Source: Collinsella sp.
Lineage (GTDB): Bacteria; Actinomycetota; Coriobacteriia; Coriobacteriales; Coriobacteriaceae
Reading direction: 5' to 3'
Assembly: GCA_047247485.1 (NCBI GenBank)
Contig: JBKTTM010000006.1
Coordinates: 197,246 to 261,245 of the forward strand
Length of the DNA: 64,000 nt
In this document: positions 61,615 to 64,000 of the stretch, one piece after another
Layout of the letters: each line of letters begins with the position of its first letter
Position numbering within the stretch: the stretch's first letter is position 1
Made by a program: the position numbers and the translations under genes
The notes under the pieces: model-generated
Database searches by the model: none
What the model saw: the letters and a program-made list of their open reading frames with translations, nothing else
What the model was told of the DNA's origin: nothing

Positions 61615-63318
61615 TTAGCCCAGCAGGCTCATGCCAACGGAGACAAACGCCAGGATAACGCCGACGATGGACTCACCGCCCAGCAGACCGCTGGCAACGA
61701 CCAGGCCCTGCTCCTGGAAGGCGGCATCCTTGGCGGCCTTCTCCTCGTCCGAAAGGCCGGCGGCGGCGTCGCGGTGTGCGGCCCACTTGTCGTAAGCGAG
61801 CTTAACGCAGGAGCCCAAGAAGGCCGTGAGCGACATATAGAACGGCAGGTACACGCCCAGGCCAATCATCATGGCTGGAATGCCGAGCCAGTACATGATG
61901 ATGCCGGCGATAAAGCCGCCCGCAAACCACGGCACGCTCGGGATGCCCGAGACCATGGTGGCGACCACGCTTGCCTGCGCGGCCACAAAGCTCTTGTCGG
62001 GGCCGAAGGCGTCCGGACCATAGGCGGTTACGAGCGCGACCATGACGGCGGCAGCGACCAGGGCGCCCACGATGCCGCCGATGGCCTGGCCGACCCACTG
62101 TGCGCGCGGGTTGGTGCCCAGCACGGCGCCGGCCTTAAAGTCGTTCATGACGTCGCCCGCAAGGCCGCACGCCACGGCCACGATGCCGGCGATAAAGAAC
62201 AGCTTGACCTGCGCGAGCTGCGCGAAGGCTGCCACGATGAGCATGACGATGAGGCCAAAGATCTCCATGGGGTCGATGCCCGTCTGGCCGCAGCTCTGTG
62301 CGCTCATGATGGTGGTGACAAAGGTGAACAGCGTGACGATGACGGCCGGAACGGGACCGAGGTCGAGCGCGATGGCAACGATCACGGCGATGGCGGCGGT
62401 GCCCAGGCCGATGATGCCGGCGTCGAGCTTAAGCGAGCCCGAGATGAGCGACTGCTCGTCGGTGTCGGTGGAGCTGTCGGCGGCGAGGCCGCGGACGATA
62501 CCGGCGACCTGTGGCAGGATGTCCTTGAGGACGACGGCGACGCCAAAGCCCATCATGAGGCCCATACCCAGGGACTTGACGATACCCTGTGCGGTCACAA
62601 TATCGAACAGGCCGGCAGCGGTGCCGCCAACGATGATGCCAAAGTTGCCCAGCAGCGCGCCGGCAAACCAGAAGGCGACGGGGGCGAAGCCCACGAGGAA
62701 GCCGATGGACAGCAACATGGGCGAGTTGTAGATGGCAAAGGTCACGCCAGGGATATTGAGCGTGCACAGCATGCTGGGCACCACGCCCAGAGCGTCGCGA
62801 AGCACGCTGTAGATGCCTGCGATGGCCATGGAGCCAAAGAGCTGCTTGCCGGTCTTGCCGCCGGCCTCGGTGGCGCGCAGGGTCTGAGCTGCGGCGTTGC
62901 CGGTGGGGAACTCCAGCGCGGCGTCCACGATAAAGTGACGGTGGATGAGCGCTGTCGCCAGAAGGCCCAAGATGGTGCCGGCGAGCGCCACGATAAACAT
63001 GTCGAGCCAGCTGATTTGGTCGGCATAGCCCAGCATCCAGGCGCCCGGGATGGTAAACGCCAGGCCGCCGGCGACCATGGCGCCCGCGGACATGATGGTG
63101 TGGGTAACGTTGGCCTCGTTGAGGCTGGCGTTGCCCATGAGCTTCAGGAAGAACAGCGAAATGACGGCAGCGAAAATGATCGGCCAGGGGAGTGCGCCCA
63201 TCTTGAGGGCGGTGTAGGCCGAGCTTGCCGTGATGATCACGCAGCCAAGGACGCCGATGACGACGCCGCGCAGCGTGAGTTGCCCGCGCATCGAAGCGCG
63301 GTTCGAGGGATTGCTCAT
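61615..63318 (-). CDS. OPT-family oligopeptide transporter
   Basis: QLTLRG, YTALKMG, LEFPTG, GDVMNDFKAG and ASGLLGGES; highly hydrophobic. Confidence 0.87.
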   Translation of the reverse strand: MSNPSNRASMRGQLTLRGVVIGVLGCVIITASSAYTALKMGALPWPIIFAAVISLFFLKLMGNASLNEANVTHTIMSAGAMVAGGLAFTIPGAWMLGYADQISWLDMFIVALAGTILGLLATALIHRHFIVDAALEFPTGNAAAQTLRATEAGGKTGKQLFGSMAIAGIYSVLRDALGVVPSMLCTLNIPGVTFAIYNSPMLLSIGFLVGFAPVAFWFAGALLGNFGIIVGGTAAGLFDIVTAQGIVKSLGMGLMMGFGVAVVLKDILPQVAGIVRGLAADSSTDTDEQSLISGSLKLDAGIIGLGTAAIAVIVAIALDLGPVPAVIVTLFTFVTTIMSAQSCGQTGIDPMEIFGLIVMLIVAAFAQLAQVKLFFIAGIVAVACGLAGDVMNDFKAGAVLGTNPRAQWVGQAIGGIVGALVAAAVMVALVTAYGPDAFGPDKSFVAAQASVVATMVSGIPSVPWFAGGFIAGIIMYWLGIPAMMIGLGVYLPFYMSLTAFLGSCVKLAYDKWAAHRDAAAGLSDEEKAAKDAAFQEQGLVVASGLLGGESIVGVILAFVSVGMSLLG

Positions 63319-63510
63319 ATAGAACTCCTTTGCGTATATCCGCTTCCCCCGGGAGCGCCGCTACGGATACGGCGCGGGAAGTCGGGTTACCAAGGGCCGC
63401 CGCGTGAGCTCGCAAACGACCGCGCACCAGTATAACCGCAAGCTAGTCATTTCGGGATGACTGGTTTAGGTAGGCGATATACTGCTGGGCAGACGAAAGG
63501 AGCGCCGACG

Positions 63511-64000
63511 ATGCTTAATGGGTGCGCATATATATTGACGGTCGACGTGGGCAACACGTTCATTCGCTTTGGTCTGTTTGCCGAGGATTCGGCCGCGGCG
63601 CAGGAATTCCCGCTTGCGACGTGCGAGATCACCACGCCGTCGAGCATCACAGCAGACGAGGCGCGCATGCGTCTCGCTCAAGTCATGGCCGCGCTAGCGG
63701 CCGATGCGGGCATGCCGGGCACACTTGTGCCCACGGCTGCCGTGCTAAGCTGCGTGGTGCCGGCGCTCGAGCGCCCGTGGAAGACGGCGCTTTCCCGCAT
63801 CTGCACGGGGCGCGTGCTCACGGTGGGGCCGGGCCTCAAGACCGGCATGCCCGTCCACTACGACGACCCGGCCGAGATCGGCCCCGACCGCATCGCCGAC
63901 GCCGTGGCGGCCCGGGCCGTTTACGGCTCTCCGTGCATCGTGATCGACCTGGGCACTACGACCAATATCGAGGTCATCGATACGCACGGAACCTTTGTCG
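63511..64000 (+). CDS. coaX: Type III pantothenate kinase, 3' end outside the window
   Basis: Translated by hand from ATG 63511: ILTVDVGNT, SCVVP, EIGPDR and VIDLGT; AAAGGAG RBS. Confidence 0.88.
   Translation, partial: MLNGCAYILTVDVGNTFIRFGLFAEDSAAAQEFPLATCEITTPSSITADEARMRLAQVMAALAADAGMPGTLVPTAAVLSCVVPALERPWKTALSRICTGRVLTVGPGLKTGMPVHYDDPAEIGPDRIADAVAARAVYGSPCIVIDLGTTTNIEVIDTHGTFV

Noticed and set aside
61588..63435. 615-aa plus-strand ORF
   Set aside because: Antisense shadow of the OPT transporter gene

Overview
GC-rich gut-actinobacterial chromosome segment; gene content and style suggest Coriobacteriaceae, possibly Collinsella (inference). Most of it is housekeeping or metabolic: a GH32-PTS-GH32 sucrose/fructan locus, degV, pflA, mtnN, engB, thrB/thrC/aspartokinase/asd, ogt, an OmpR-type two-component pair, ABC transporters, pfkA, map, a GGDEF*-REC-HD-GYP protein with an Hpt partner, a glutamate-type ABC importer, dxs, a TetR-activase pair, a large sortase-anchored CAP protein, an OPT transporter and coaX. 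The main finding is an intact IS110-family element (about 26829-28387). Its recombinase has an extra C-terminal XRE-type HTH domain. Its upstream non-coding region folds by eye into a two-loop bridge RNA whose guide segments match the element's own ends (GC core) and the flanking target. It sits in the spacer of a host palindromic repeat, at a GCAGGT motif that recurs in the window. Also notable are a lower-GC islet (about 9.2-12.5 kb) with a DUF3990-like/XRE gene pair behind twin palindromic operators (candidate toxin-antitoxin or defence module), a G9 tract in the surface-protein gene (candidate phase variation), several families of intergenic palindromic repeats, and a truncated arylsulfotransferase-like fragment. 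All protein calls come from motif recognition, not database searches.
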